A stretch of DNA of 64,000 nt from Phoronis australis (GCA_002633005.1 NMRA01000094.1:866159-930158); one strand, 5' to 3'. Counted from the stretch's first letter, positions 51,601-62,331 are shown. Numbers and translations: made by a program. The notes: generated by a model not told the origin, from the sequence alone.

Positions 51601-54600
51601 ATAAGATAAATATTAGCCAAATACGATGTCATGGTTGTGCTTACCAAGGGAAGTGTGTTTACTGTAATACTGGACACAATTGATTTATGATCTGTGAGCA
51701 TCAACAAAAGATTGCAAGAATGCTTTAACAATAAAAAACTTGTTACCTGATCCTTTCGTGTGGAGTTGAAATTGTACGGTGTGCATATTTGACTATACCA
51801 TAAAAATACTCGTGTTAAAGAACCATGGAAAGTAGATAGAGATACATCTATAAGTTCAATCTGGCTCATTTGATAAAATTTCATTCACACAACCCGAGAA
51901 AGAAGGCATTAAGTGTGTGAACTGTTTTCTTCCGAGTGACAAATATCATGCAAACTCATGAAATATGACGTTGCTTTCGTAAAATGTAACAATGATACAT
52001 TACCTGCATGTGCATTCCACATAAATTTTAAGAATTACTTGTAACAACTTGTTACATTTTTGGAGAGGCCTAGCAACCTTAAATGTAACAGCCGTTACAT
52101 TTTATGAAATTGTTACATTTTACGAAATTGTTACATCTTACAGGTGTCACTGCACATTATAACATAACCAAGTTGTGATCCATACAGGTGCCTGAATACT
52201 GCACATTGTAACATGACCAAGTTGTGATCCATCCAGGTGCCTGAATACTGCACATTGTAACATGACCAAGTTGTGATCCATGCAGGTACCTGAAGAAGAA
52301 GTAAAGGAAGTTGGTTACTGTCAAATCATTGCACTCAACAAACCAGAGACTGGTTACATCGTAGCTGGTTGTGTGGGATCTGCCATGCTCGGTGTTGGTA
52401 TGCCACTTTTTGCCATCATTTTCAGCCAACTTGTGAAGGTAAATATTATATTTTGAATGCCTCGGCTGTTCTCTTTTACACAAGGCATTTTCACGTGCCC
52501 AAGTATAGTATGTGCCCACGTACGGTATGTGCCCACGTACGGTATGTGCCCACGTACAGTATGTGCCCAAGTACAATATGTGCCCAAGTACAGTACGTGC
52601 CCATGTACAGTATGTGCCCAAGTACAGTATGTGCCCATGTACAGTATGTGCCCAAGTACAGTATGTGCCCAAGAACAGTATGTGCCCAAGTACAGTATGT
52701 GCCCAAGTACAGTATGTGCCCAAGTACAGTATGTGCCCATGTACAGTATGTGCCCAAGTACAGTATGTGCCCACGTCTGGTATGTGCCCACGTACAGTAC
52801 GAGCCAAAAGCATTCTGATAAAATGATTCGGAACTTCCCGTCATCATAGCTGGGTAGATTATTCAAATTCCTCGTTAAAGTGGTACCTCATGACAGAATA
52901 AAAGAGAATTAACGGCAAAGTTTCTGCAATTAAAATTTTGCCTCCATTATGGCAATTATCATCAGTTTTTGCTGTTAACGGAATAAGTTGTCATGACATG
53001 GTACTAATAGTATTTTGTCTGCTTACATTTGTCTTGTGGCTGTGTATATGTGTTCATAATATTGTCATCATTCAGCCTGGGCCTCTTGGTGTCTGTTCAA
53101 TATCTCAAAAACCACCGATCAGATTGTGATGTATAGTACAAGGGTGTATGATTTAGACAATGTATGCCTCTTTTTGAACTGCCCTGCTCCCCAGGGCCAG
53201 AGGTGTGGGGTTTTTCATTTTTTGGAGAGAACAGTTTTCTGGATCATGGGCAAATTTCAATGGAACTGGATGCAGAATTATGTGACAGCTATTTTCTGCC
53301 ATGAGTTGATTGTCACGTGAACTCGACAACTGCAGCACCTCCTAGTGGCAGTGGGCTTTTTTAGTAATTTTGGGAGAAAAGCATTTCAATGAAACATGTG
53401 TGCAGTTGTTTGGTTGTTGTACAGGTGAGTGGTTTGCGAAACGAATATGTGGCCTAGAAATTTCCCTTTTGTTAAATATTAGTTGGTAAGCTCTAGAAAC
53501 CATTATGTCATTTTGCATACCGTATTCACTCTAATAAGTGCCTATGCTTCAATAAGCACCCCCCACATGTTTTCAGACTTCGCTAAAATAAGCACCCAGC
53601 CCGTGAACTTGTATACATGTGAAAAATGCCTCACCTAGAGTTCTAAGATCCTATAGTAAGGTCTTCAGTTTATCAATAATATCCGACATTCCTGAAAAAA
53701 TCATTGTGCGCCAAATTTGCAGACGTTGAGCATTGTGGCTATGTCGGTATTTAGCCGTGAAAATACACTTCGAACTTCCCAGTGCTTCAAAAAAAAACTC
53801 AAAAGTTTTGCAGATCTCAGGAGGCACGCGTCCCACTATGGTCTGGCCGTTCAGAACAAACACAGTGTACTTGTCAGTGGGAGTGAATCTCGCTCACTTG
53901 GCAAACACACTCAGACGAATTTCAAAACAAACGTCACGTGACAACAACGTGTTCGTCCAGATTTTTCTCATGTTGCAGGGTGCGATCTAATGCAGATTTG
54001 GACTTAATCTGCAGTTAATCCCGACTCCACAGGAACTTAAAAATCTTAGGGATGCTATTTGGAAAACTGAAGGAGGATTTCATGTAATTGATGAGTCAAA
54101 ATTATTTTTATACGCCCACATATTTATATGTGGACGCATTATGCCGTCATCTTCGTCCGTCCGGGCGGCGTCCATCGGGCGTCCGTCCAGCATCCGTCCA
54201 GCGTCCGTCCGGAGTCCGTCCGGAGTCCGTCCGGAGTCCGTCCGGAGTCCGTCCGGAGTCCGTCCGGTGTCGGCTGTTCTATCTCCAAAACCGATTGACG
54301 TATGTTCACGAAATTTTGCACATGTATTCCTTTTATGGACAGGATGGCATGAGCGAACTTTTGGATGGATCCGATTACCGGTGTGCCCCCTAGTGGCAAT
54401 TTTAGTTTTTTACGTTAACCTCTGTATCTTCAATGGTCCTCAACATATTTTTACAAAATATCGATATATAGGCATCTATTAGTGAGACAACAGTATCCTC
54501 CTGTTTTTGGATGGATTCGACGTAGTTTGCACCACCTAGTGGCCATTTTTGCTGTTTTCGAGTCTGTTTTTCAGTGTCCACCTTCTATCGACCACACCAC

Positions 54601-57600
54601 TCTAAGCATGATTATGAAAATTGGCATGTATGTTCTTACTATGAAGGGGACAGTTGACGATGATTTTCCGGCGACTTCAACTACTGTGGCGCCTCCTAGT
54701 GGCATTTTTTTCCGCCTATGGCTATATCTCCTAAACCGTTTGCGGGATCTTTACTAAATTTATTAAGTGCATTTATATGATGATGACAACGGACGACGAT
54801 GACTTTCGGACAGATCTGATGACTGGTGTGCCACCTAGTGGCAACTTTATTTTTTTACGTTTACCTTTATATCATCAAAGGTCCTCAACGTATTTCCATA
54901 AAATTTGGTGTACAGGCTTCTGTTAGTGAGGTGACGCTATTTTTGCGTTTTCAGATGGATTTGACCTATTTTGCGCCACTTATTGGCCATATTTACTGTT
55001 TTTGGCGTCCACCCCTCTATCAACCAAACGCTTTCAGGATAATTGTGAAAATTGGCGTGTATGTTTTTACTATGAAGTGGATGGCTGACGATGATTTTCT
55101 GATGACTTCGTTTCGTGGCTATATCTCCTTAACCGTTTGCAGGATCTTTACTAAATCTAACAAGTGTGTTTATATGATGTTGACAACGCACGACGACGAT
55201 TTTCCGATGGATGTGACTACTGTTGTGCCCCCTGGTGGCAATTTTAGTTTTAGGTTTACCGCGCTGTATCTTCAAGTGGCCTCAGCGGATTTTCATATTT
55301 TGAATACGGACATCTATTGGTGAGATGACCCTATCCTCCTGTTTTCAGATGGAATCAAGGTAGTTTGTGCCACCTAGTGGCCACTTTTGCTGTTTTCGAG
55401 TCTTTTTTTGGCGTCTACCCGTCTATCAACCAAATCATTGTAAGGGTGGTTTTGAAAATTGGCGTATATGTTCTCAATGTGAAGAGGACTGTTGAGAATG
55501 ACAACTTTGACTACTGTGGCACCTCTCAGTGGTAGTTTTGTTTTGTTTTGTTTTGTTTTTATTAAATTTATTAATGACATGTTCCCGTTTTCGGATAGAT
55601 TTTACGTTTTTGCGCCATCAAGTGGTTATTTATTATGACACAACCCTAAAAGTACACCATTTGCGATGCATTTGTGGGCGCATTTCAACGCTTCGTGTTG
55701 CTTTTGTTATTGAAGAATTCAAGTTGCCCTATTGATGATCGATGTATCAGTTTTTGCCCTGGGACTTCCGCACAATTCCCTGAAAAATTTAACAACGAAG
55801 TTTGATAGCAATGTACCACAATTTTGTGGAAAGTCTGTCATAGGCTACAAATACGTCGCAGAGCGTAAATTTGATGAATCTTAGCTTCCAATTTCACGGA
55901 GACTGGGTTTCAACCGCCTTAGGCTACAACAAGCGCGACCCCTCCGGAAACGAATTTTTCTGTGCGCCCTGAGCTCTTATTAGGGCGAATAAGGTATATC
56001 TTATTGGTCAAATATCTCATGAAAAGAAGCAGACGACACCAACTTTTGGATGCTGTGTTCCTCTTCTACATATTCTATGTCTATGCTGAAAATTTTGAAA
56101 TTTTGATTTTTTTAAAGATTTTGATTTGATGATAGTTTAAATAGTGATGTATCAACACTTACATGCCATGACTATTCTAGCATCTCCTGCAGGTTTATTG
56201 TTGTCACCTTGTATCTTATATGAAGACGATAAGCACACCCTAGGAACATACCGCTTGCAGTCCACGTCTGTGTTTGCATCGCTCTTGTATTTTGATGATA
56301 TTTATGTATAGGGTTGTGTCAGTCTGCAGTCATTGGTTTCTATCCATTGTCAACTGATCCAGTATTATAGGAAGGGCTACTCACTCTTCCTTTTTCAAGA
56401 ACATATCAAATCATGACATGTCAGACCAAGGTGCATTTTGTCACTGCGGCAATGGTTGAAAACGCACAGCAACTGACCTATCGCAAGCTCCGCCCCTTGC
56501 AAAAGGTCAACAAACAAAAAATAAGTTTTACCCGACAACGTGTTGTTTGACGGGTAAAATGGCGGCTTGAAAATGAAGGTGTGTTAAGAATGCTGTGTTT
56601 TGATTGGTCAGTTGAGCCGTCACTCGAAATCAAATAGATACCGGAGTTGTATTCACTAGAGCTTCTTCTGAGACTTACATTATCCCTGTGTAAGCACTTG
56701 CATAACACTTGTATTAGCAGTATTACCTTCATTAAACATGCAAAGTTGGTATTAAAGTCACTTGGTCCTATTGATGCCATATTACATCATTTTGCTGAGA
56801 CCCTACTCAGGCATATTGGTTGTTCCCTTGCTGTTTACTGAAAGAGGAGAGACATGCCTATTTGTAATTAGTACAATTTTTAAGTTGTATTAAAATACTA
56901 CCTGTTCTTCTTTGCCTATTGAATTATGTCTATATTTACCTGTCCAGGTGTTCAGTGAACCCAAAGAGGAGTTGCAGAAAGATGCTGTCTTCTGGAGTCT
57001 CATGTTCCTGGTCCTGGGTGTTGAGCAGGCCATAGGACAGTTCCTCCAGGTAACTAGATAGCTGTTGAGTCCACTTTCTTTTGACTTTCATGCAAAAGAG
57101 ATTCAGCTGCAAGACTGTTCTCGGGTGGGAAGTATTTACTTGCTTTCTGTTAATATCATGTAAAGCTATATTATGATTACTTGTGAAGGCTAATGTTCTG
57201 TCTCAGACTGATATATATGTGAAAAATGTAACATTGTAACATTGTCTACTCTACAATTTATATAAACATCTCATTTTGAAGATGTTACGTCTGCTTTTAT
57301 TGTGAGGAAAACAACAGATTTTGCTGTTTTATACTCTTGTCAAAGATCTATAGTTTCAAGATCCTACCAAAAATAACCACAAACGACATTGTTTTTGGTT
57401 GTCAAACTACATGTGTCCTTTGTATACTGCCCCAAAAGTTGAAACCTTTGGCACTAAAGTTTTAAATCTGATTCTGAATTAAGAACTCAGGTCTTCCAAA
57501 CTCAATTTGTCTGACTAATTAGTGATAGCATAAATGTGATGAGAACATGTTTTCATTTTATACTTAACTACAGTTTTAGTGTTGTTGAAACTAAGATGTA

Positions 57601-60600
57601 TGTCTTCTTCAATAAACATTTGAAACGAGGATTGAGCTTGCCAGTGTGTGTCAGATTAATATCGCAGGATTGACCTAGATATTACAATAGAAAACCTGAC
57701 TGACCACACTCTGGCCACACTGTGACCACACTTTGACCACACTGTGACCACACTTTGTTAATGCTTCCAGATTGGAATGCTTGGCATATCTGGTGAAAAG
57801 TTGACAACGCGGTTGAGGAAAAAGACATTTGCGCGTTTGGTTAAGCAAGACATTGCTTACTTTGATGATGGTAGTCACTCGACAGGAGCTTTGACTGCAC
57901 GCCTAGCTGACGATGCTCCTACGATACAAACAGTGAGTCACATGACTTCGTATACAACCAGCATAGATGGTTGTTGCACAACTTTTATTATATTTTCTCC
58001 CAATATAATTCGTGATGAAAATTATATTGCACCATTCTGCTTTTTGCTTTTGTTATTATTGCATTGATTTCATTATATTTTTGCCTTAGTAGGAAATGGT
58101 ATCCATTGTATTCAACCTTGTGATTGTCATATGCATGTCTCGTGAATTATTTGCTACATAACCATTCACACATAACCCTGTAACCTTGTTTTTAAAGGGC
58201 TCTTAAATTTACAATACAGTAAAATAATAAAATAAAATGCAATGCATAAGTTGGCAGCAAATTTTTGCTAATACAAGAGAAAACACTGGCACAATACTTG
58301 TAATAGTGTTTTAAGAGAACAATCATGGTGAAATCTTTGTGTCTGAAATTTTTATTTTAATCTGACCATCCATTTCTAAGAACTGATCAAATATAGCCAA
58401 TTTTTTTCTTAGATTTCTCTTAACCTTTAAGATGTAGTAACCCAGTACACTATAGCTATAGATTAACTGACATACTATTAACCCATCCTCTGCTCATGGT
58501 TGATATATATCAAAGTTTGTCATACATGTTACCTCCTCTTTTGTAGGCTACTGGTTTACGTATCGGCTTTGTCATGGAGGGTTCCTTTACCATCTTGACT
58601 GCTCTAATTATATCACTCTTCTATGGTTGGCAGTTGGCCCTGGCTGTACTTGGCTGTTCACCTTTGATGATGATCTCTGGTAAGATTGTTGGTCACTGAT
58701 TTAAAATCATGTTAAAGAAGTATTTTATTTGTTTCAAAATTTTAACTGGTGCTAAATTCAAAAAGTACTTTGCGACCTTCGTCAAGGTCTTGGGGGTTTT
58801 ATGAAGTTTGCTTAATAAACAAATGTAAGAGCCAGTTCAGTTGTATAGATTGCTGATTAAGCTGCACATTTGTCTCAGTGTGCACTAGGTGGTATGACCT
58901 TGTTTTGACTGAGTGTCAAACTGGTGGACTGCTGGAAACCTGGCAACAATGCTTGGCCTCACAGATCTTGGCATGTGTATTAAAATAAATTACAAATTAC
59001 TGTACTTTTATGTTAAATACCTGCACTGTATTTATGACACTTGTGTTTAAACTTCAATTTGATGTTTGCAATAGCCCTTAAAATTTTGGTTTCCAATTCT
59101 CTTTTCAAATTGTATTATTTTTAAATTCCTTCTCATAACCATAATTGGTGTTGCTTGAATTTGCATTTTATGTGCCCACATATTTATATGCAGGCGCATA
59201 TCATCGCCATCTTTGTCTAGGTGTCTGACATCCGCTGCTGTATCTCCTAGTAAACCCCGTGCAGAATCTTTTTGTAATTTGGTAGGTGTGTTCCTATGCA
59301 AGTGACGACAGACGACGAGTTTCGAACCAATTGGAATACCGCTGTGCCCCTTAGTGACAGTTTTAGTTTTTTAGGTTTGCCTCTGTATCCTTGTAGTTGC
59401 TTAATGGATTTTTTTGAAATTTGGCATATAGCTTTTTAATAAGGAAGCAATGATGCCATTCTATTTTCCACCTGATTTTTCTCTGTCTCGTAGCCATTTT
59501 TGTTATTTTTGTGTTTGTTTCCTAGCATCCGCATCTCTGTCTGCCATACCACTCAATTATGAAAATTTACAGACTCTGTGTTTCTGATGAGAAGACATAA
59601 CTGAGGCTGGCTTTTGGGCAGGTCTGACTATTGTGTCTCCCCCTATTAGCAATTTTGATTTTTGCGTCTGCAGCCAAATCTCCTTAACCCATTGAAGGAG
59701 CAGGAAATTTGAAAGACATATGTCTATGAAGCCGATGACAAATGTCAAGCTGATCCAAATACCACTGTGCCTCCTGGTTGCAAAATGTTTGTTTCTTCAG
59801 AATAAATTTATTTTATGAAATTTGGTTAATAGGCTTTTATTCAGGAAACGCCATCACCTTCCCATTTTTGGACAGATTTGATTTTTTGTGCCACCTGGTG
59901 GCCATTTTTATTTTTGCATCTGTTTTCTGGTGTTTGTCTCCCTGTCTGAAATACCGCTTAAAAGATGAAACTTTATAAAATGATGTTTTCCTGAGGAAAA
60001 GGTCAAGACTGACCTTGACTTTGGGATAGGTCTGACTACTGTGGCAAAATGTTTTTTTTACATTTGCCTCTATATCTTCAGAGTTCATTTTTGTATTCGA
60101 CAAAGAGATTTTCTGTGCCACCTGGTGGTCATTTAAAAAATTTGCATGTTTTTAACATCTACCTCTATCCACCAAACCACTCAAAGGCTCATTATAAAAA
60201 TTGCCGGTTGTGTTCCTCATCCAAAGACTCTGGCTTATGTTGAGTTTCGGATGTTTCCAACTATTCTGCAACTCCTTGAGGCAATTTTACTTTATTGTGC
60301 CTTTGGTTGAATATTGTTAACCCTTTGAAGGATCTTTGCGAAATTTGACAGGTGGGCTCTGATAGAGATGGCAGCAGATGAAGATGAGTTTCAGACATAC
60401 AATCCGCCTATAGCTGTGCCCCCTAGAGTCAAGTGTTTTTACTTACCTCTATATCTCAGGAATTTCTTGGCTCATTTTCATGAAATTTGGCAAATAGTTG
60501 TGTATTACAGAGATAGTGCCACCTTTCCAATTCAGATGTGTTTGACGCATTCTGTGTCATCTAATGTTCATTTTTATGCGCCCACATATTTATATGTGGA

Positions 60601-61950
60601 CGCATTATGCCGTCATCTCTGTCCGTCCGTCCGTCCGTCCGGGCGGCGTCCGGCGTCCGGTGCTCTATCTCCAAAACCCTTTGACATACGTTCATGAAAT
60701 TTGGCACATATGTTCCATTCATGAATGGGACGGCATGTGCGAACTTTCGGACGGATCCGACTACTGGTGTGCCCCCTAGTGGCAATTTTAGTTTTTTATG
60801 CTTACCTTTGTATCTTCAAAAGTCCTGAACGGATTTTCATGAAGTTCGGTATGTAGGCACCTATTAGTGAGATGACGCTATCCTGCCGTTTTCAGATGGA
60901 TTTGACATAGTTTGCACCACCTAGTGGCCATTTTTAGTGTTTTCGAGTCTGTTTTTGTGTGTCCACCCCTCTATCAACCATACCGCTCAAAGGATGATTG
61001 TGAAAATCGGCATGTATATGCTTACTATGTAGAGGACGGTTGACGATGATTTTCCGACGATTTCGACTACTGTAGCGCCTCCTAGTGGCAGCTTTGTTTT
61101 TTTTTGCACCTATGGCTGTATCTCCTAAACCGTTTGCAGGATCTTTATGAAATTGTGTAAGTATATTTATATGATGTTAACAACAAAAGATGACGACTTT
61201 TGTACGGATCCGACTACCGGTGTGCCCCCTAGTGGCAATTTTAGTTTTTTACGCTTACCTTTGTATCTTCAAAAGTCCTGAACGGATTTTCATGAAATTT
61301 GGTATGTAGGCACCTATTAGTGAGATGACGCTATCCTCCCGTTTTCAGATGGATTCGACATAGTTTGCGCCACCTAGTGGCCATTTTTACTGTTTTCGAG
61401 TCTGTATTTTTGCGTCCACCCCTCTATCAACCAAACCGCTCAAAGGATGATTGTGAAAATTGGCGTGTATGTGCTTACTATAAGGAAGACAGCTGACAAT
61501 GATTTTCAGACGATTTGGACTACTGTGGCGCCTCNTGCTTTAAGCAACTGGTGTATAGGATGTGCTTGTATTATGAAGATTACTCACATTTTGCCCCTAG
61601 CCTATTGAGGAGACAATGACCATGCCTTTCCATTTTGCAAAGTACAACATACTACATATATGCCCTCTACTGGCCACTTTATGGTACCAATAAACAACCC
61701 TAGAAGGATACCGTATGCGGTGCAATTGTGGGCGCATTTCCTCGCTCTGCGTTGCTCTTGTTTGATATTAAAAGCACCCATAGAAACCCACGATTTGTGG
61801 TGCTGTCATAGGTGCATTTTAACGCTTCACAGTGCTCTTGTTGTAATTAACAGAAGCATTTCAATTTGTTTACTTGAAGGTGCTCTTGAGATGAAAATGT
61901 TGGAAAGAAACCAGCAACGAGACACGGAATTTAAAGAAGAAGCTGGAAAG
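33533..61950 (+). CDS. ABCB1: ABCB1/P-glycoprotein-like transporter, paralog B (20 exons, 872 codons, runs off window)
   Basis: All exons are GT-AG and phase-compatible (2616 nt). TMD1, Walker [11 protein letters not shown]-loop VVSQEP, signature LSGGQKQR, Walker [13 protein letters not shown]-loop IAHRLST, linker and TMD2 start ([23 protein letters not shown]). Confidence 0.96.
33864..34010. repeat. 15-bp minisatellite (TGTCATGTCACCACG) x~10
   Basis: Directly visible. Confidence 0.95.
34344..34389 (+). CDS. ABCB1: ABCB1-B exon 2
   Basis: [15 protein letters not shown], ccag/GTAAGA. Confidence 0.87.
34522..34642 (+). CDS. ABCB1: ABCB1-B exon 3
   Basis: [40 protein letters not shown]. Confidence 0.95.
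35022..35143 (+). CDS. ABCB1: ABCB1-B exon 4
   Basis: [40 protein letters not shown]. Confidence 0.93.
35525..36070. repeat. 18-bp minisatellite (ACAGTACTTTCCAAACTG)n
   Basis: Directly visible. Confidence 0.95.
36090..36186. repeat. ~31-bp tandem repeat x3
   Basis: gaggagcaggttggggcaagttttatgtgtgagt units. Confidence 0.9.
36260..36389. mobile_element. ~130-bp MITE
   Basis: TIRs CGTTCAGTAATGCTAGGACCT / AGGTCCTAGCGTTACTGAATG. Confidence 0.7.
36988..37121 (+). CDS. ABCB1: ABCB1-B exon 5
   Basis: [44 protein letters not shown]. Confidence 0.95.
37541..37712 (+). CDS. ABCB1: ABCB1-B exon 6
   Basis: [57 protein letters not shown]. Confidence 0.95.
40227..40389. mobile_element. 163-bp MITE (CAGGGGCGGAT-type ends)
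   Basis: caatggcggattta / tgtatctgcccctg ends, CAAGA duplicated on both flanks; related fragment at ~13874. Confidence 0.6.
40850..41053 (-). mobile_element. tRNA-derived SINE
   Basis: Minus strand A-box TGGCTTAGTGTG and B-box GGTTCGAGTCC, followed by a non-tRNA body. Confidence 0.7.
41074..41198 (+). CDS. ABCB1: ABCB1-B exon 7
   Basis: [41 protein letters not shown]. Confidence 0.94.
41259..41499. mobile_element. ~240-bp MITE inserted in the duplicated-donor repeat of ABCB1-B intron 7
   Basis: TIRs CATTACGTAGAATTGTCGTGAG / revcomp CATAACGATAAATCGTCGTGAG; absent from the homologous intron of gene A. Confidence 0.65.
41819..41990 (+). CDS. ABCB1: ABCB1-B exon 8
   Basis: [16 protein letters not shown]...[24 protein letters not shown]. 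Confidence 0.95.
42190..42700 (+). mobile_element. Degenerate CR1/L2-group LINE 3' fragment
   Basis: [17 protein letters not shown]...[13 protein letters not shown]...FSGDRLW motif series. Confidence 0.7.
42914..43027 (+). CDS. ABCB1: ABCB1-B exon 9 (TM6)
   Basis: [44 protein letters not shown] donor. Confidence 0.95.
43630..43925. repeat. ~34-44-bp minisatellite
   Basis: tctcacacatcagctatattagagggtgggtgaggg units. Confidence 0.92.
44283..44441. repeat. 38-bp perfect tandem repeat x4
   Basis: gatttacatacaactgtgtaagtattgttgtttgttta. Confidence 0.95.
44516..44626 (+). CDS. ABCB1: ABCB1-B exon 10 (A-loop)
   Basis: EPAIDASS...[19 protein letters not shown]. Confidence 0.95.
44948..45073 (+). 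CDS. ABCB1: ABCB1-B exon 11 (Walker A)
   Basis: [42 protein letters not shown]. Confidence 0.97.
45455..45658 (+). CDS. ABCB1: ABCB1-B exon 12 (Q-loop)
   Basis: [27 protein letters not shown]...[17 protein letters not shown]. Confidence 0.97.
45765..46480 (+). mobile_element. Old diverged HINE-like copy
   Basis: gtgccccctagtgacaattttagttt units similar to 59165-60560. Confidence 0.55.
46492..46680. mobile_element. End of a TA-flanked Tc1/mariner-pogo-type element
   Basis: TA|CCGTAAACGTTCGGG start with repeated GGTTAAGCGCCCA subterminal motifs; other end not found. Confidence 0.45.
47678..47941. repeat. 87-bp tandem triplication just upstream of the exon 13 acceptor
   Basis: ggg anchors at 47691, 47778, 47865. 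Confidence 0.95.
47975..48145 (+). CDS. ABCB1: ABCB1-B exon 13 (signature, Walker B)
   Basis: [57 protein letters not shown]. Confidence 0.98.
48108..48430 (+). repeat. ~80-bp tandem repeat copying the exon 13 3' end and donor
   Basis: gcagctcttgataag|gtatgtgtg at 48146 and 48226, tgacaag|gtgtac at 48308. Confidence 0.9.
48865..49066 (+). CDS. ABCB1: ABCB1-B exon 14 (H-loop)
   Basis: [21 protein letters not shown]...[16 protein letters not shown] donor, phase 1. Confidence 0.94.
49466..49557 (+). CDS. ABCB1: ABCB1-B exon 15 (linker)
   Basis: [30 protein letters not shown]; phases 1/0 fit the neighbouring exons; basic RxxS motifs typical of the P-gp linker. Confidence 0.8.
52148..52292 (+). 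repeat. 49-bp tandem repeat copying the exon 16 acceptor; extra copy at 49769-49822
   Basis: accaagttgtgatccat.cag|gt.cctgaa at 52167, 52216, 52265. Confidence 0.92.
52286..52438 (+). CDS. ABCB1: ABCB1-B exon 16 (TM7)
   Basis: [51 protein letters not shown]. Confidence 0.9.
52495..52800. repeat. 17-bp minisatellite (GTACAGTATGTGCCCAA) x~18
   Basis: Directly visible. Confidence 0.95.
53651..53930 (-). pseudogene. HIRAN-like domain remnant inside the DNA transposon
   Basis: [28 protein letters not shown]...[15 protein letters not shown] resembles D..AV.V...IVGHVP.E.S...F..L HIRAN proteins; upstream in-frame stop. Confidence 0.55.
54108..55708 (+). mobile_element. Full-length Helentron/HINE (DINE-1-like) non-autonomous element
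   Basis: T-rich insertion site, 5' hairpin cgcccacatat-ttat-atgtggacg, GTCC-type microsatellite, central ~150-bp tandem units, 3' subterminal IR gtgggcgcat plus stem-loop ending ttgtt. Confidence 0.8.
56948..57049 (+). CDS. ABCB1: ABCB1-B exon 17 (TM8)
   Basis: [34 protein letters not shown]. Confidence 0.92.
57699..57756. repeat. 11-bp repeat (TGACCACACTG/T) x5 next to the exon 18 acceptor
   Basis: Directly visible. Confidence 0.85.
57771..57932 (+). CDS. ABCB1: ABCB1-B exon 18
   Basis: [54 protein letters not shown]. Confidence 0.95.
58547..58679 (+). CDS. ABCB1: ABCB1-B exon 19 (TM9/TM10)
   Basis: [44 protein letters not shown]. Confidence 0.94.
59165..61842 (+). mobile_element. Older HINE-like copy interrupted by a younger copy
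   Basis: 5' hairpin ttttatgtgcccacatatttatatgcaggcgcat at 59166; second 3' end ataggtgcattttaacgcttcacagtgctcttgtt at ~61808-61842. Confidence 0.65.
60570..61762 (+). mobile_element. Young HINE-like copy with a 453-bp higher-order repeat
   Basis: acggatccga anchors at 60751 and 61204; 3' end gtgggcgcatttcctcgctctgcgttgctcttgtt. Confidence 0.8.
61880..61950 (+). CDS. ABCB1: ABCB1-B exon 20
   Basis: [24 protein letters not shown]; phase 1 fits exon 19. Confidence 0.88.
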
Positions 61951-62309
61951 GTAGTCTTGTGTCTTTATAGATAGGTGCCTGACATGCAGAGTCATTTTAA
62001 GATATTGTAAAGTTAAACTACTGTAGGAAGGAAATGTTTTTGTATTTAATATTTGTTATTTAGCCATTTTCTATTACATGTGGTGAAAACAGACCGCAAG
62101 TGAAGTTATTGAAAACATGCGAACTGTGCAAAGCTTGACAAGGGAAAGACTGTTCTATGAGAAATACTGCGAATACTTACAGAAACCATACAGGTGTGTA
62201 TTGACAATGGGTCTAGCGCCAGACATGTTATTATCTACTGTGGTTACCGAAGCTTAGAATTGAGTTGTGTCTAAATCATGTCTGTGCGGCCATATATATT
62301 ATACAGATG

Positions 62310-62331
62310 CACACACACACACTCACACACA

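Larger units (their letters stand above)
53520..55994. mobile_element. TA-flanked Tc1/mariner-pogo-type element, split by a HINE insertion
   Basis: TA|CCGTATTCACTCTAATAAG ... CTTATTAGGGCGAATAAGG|TA. Confidence 0.75.

Noticed and set aside
52157-52866. Overlapping Cys/Tyr-rich repetitive ORFs
   Set aside because: Translations of the 17-bp minisatellite and antisense of exon 16.
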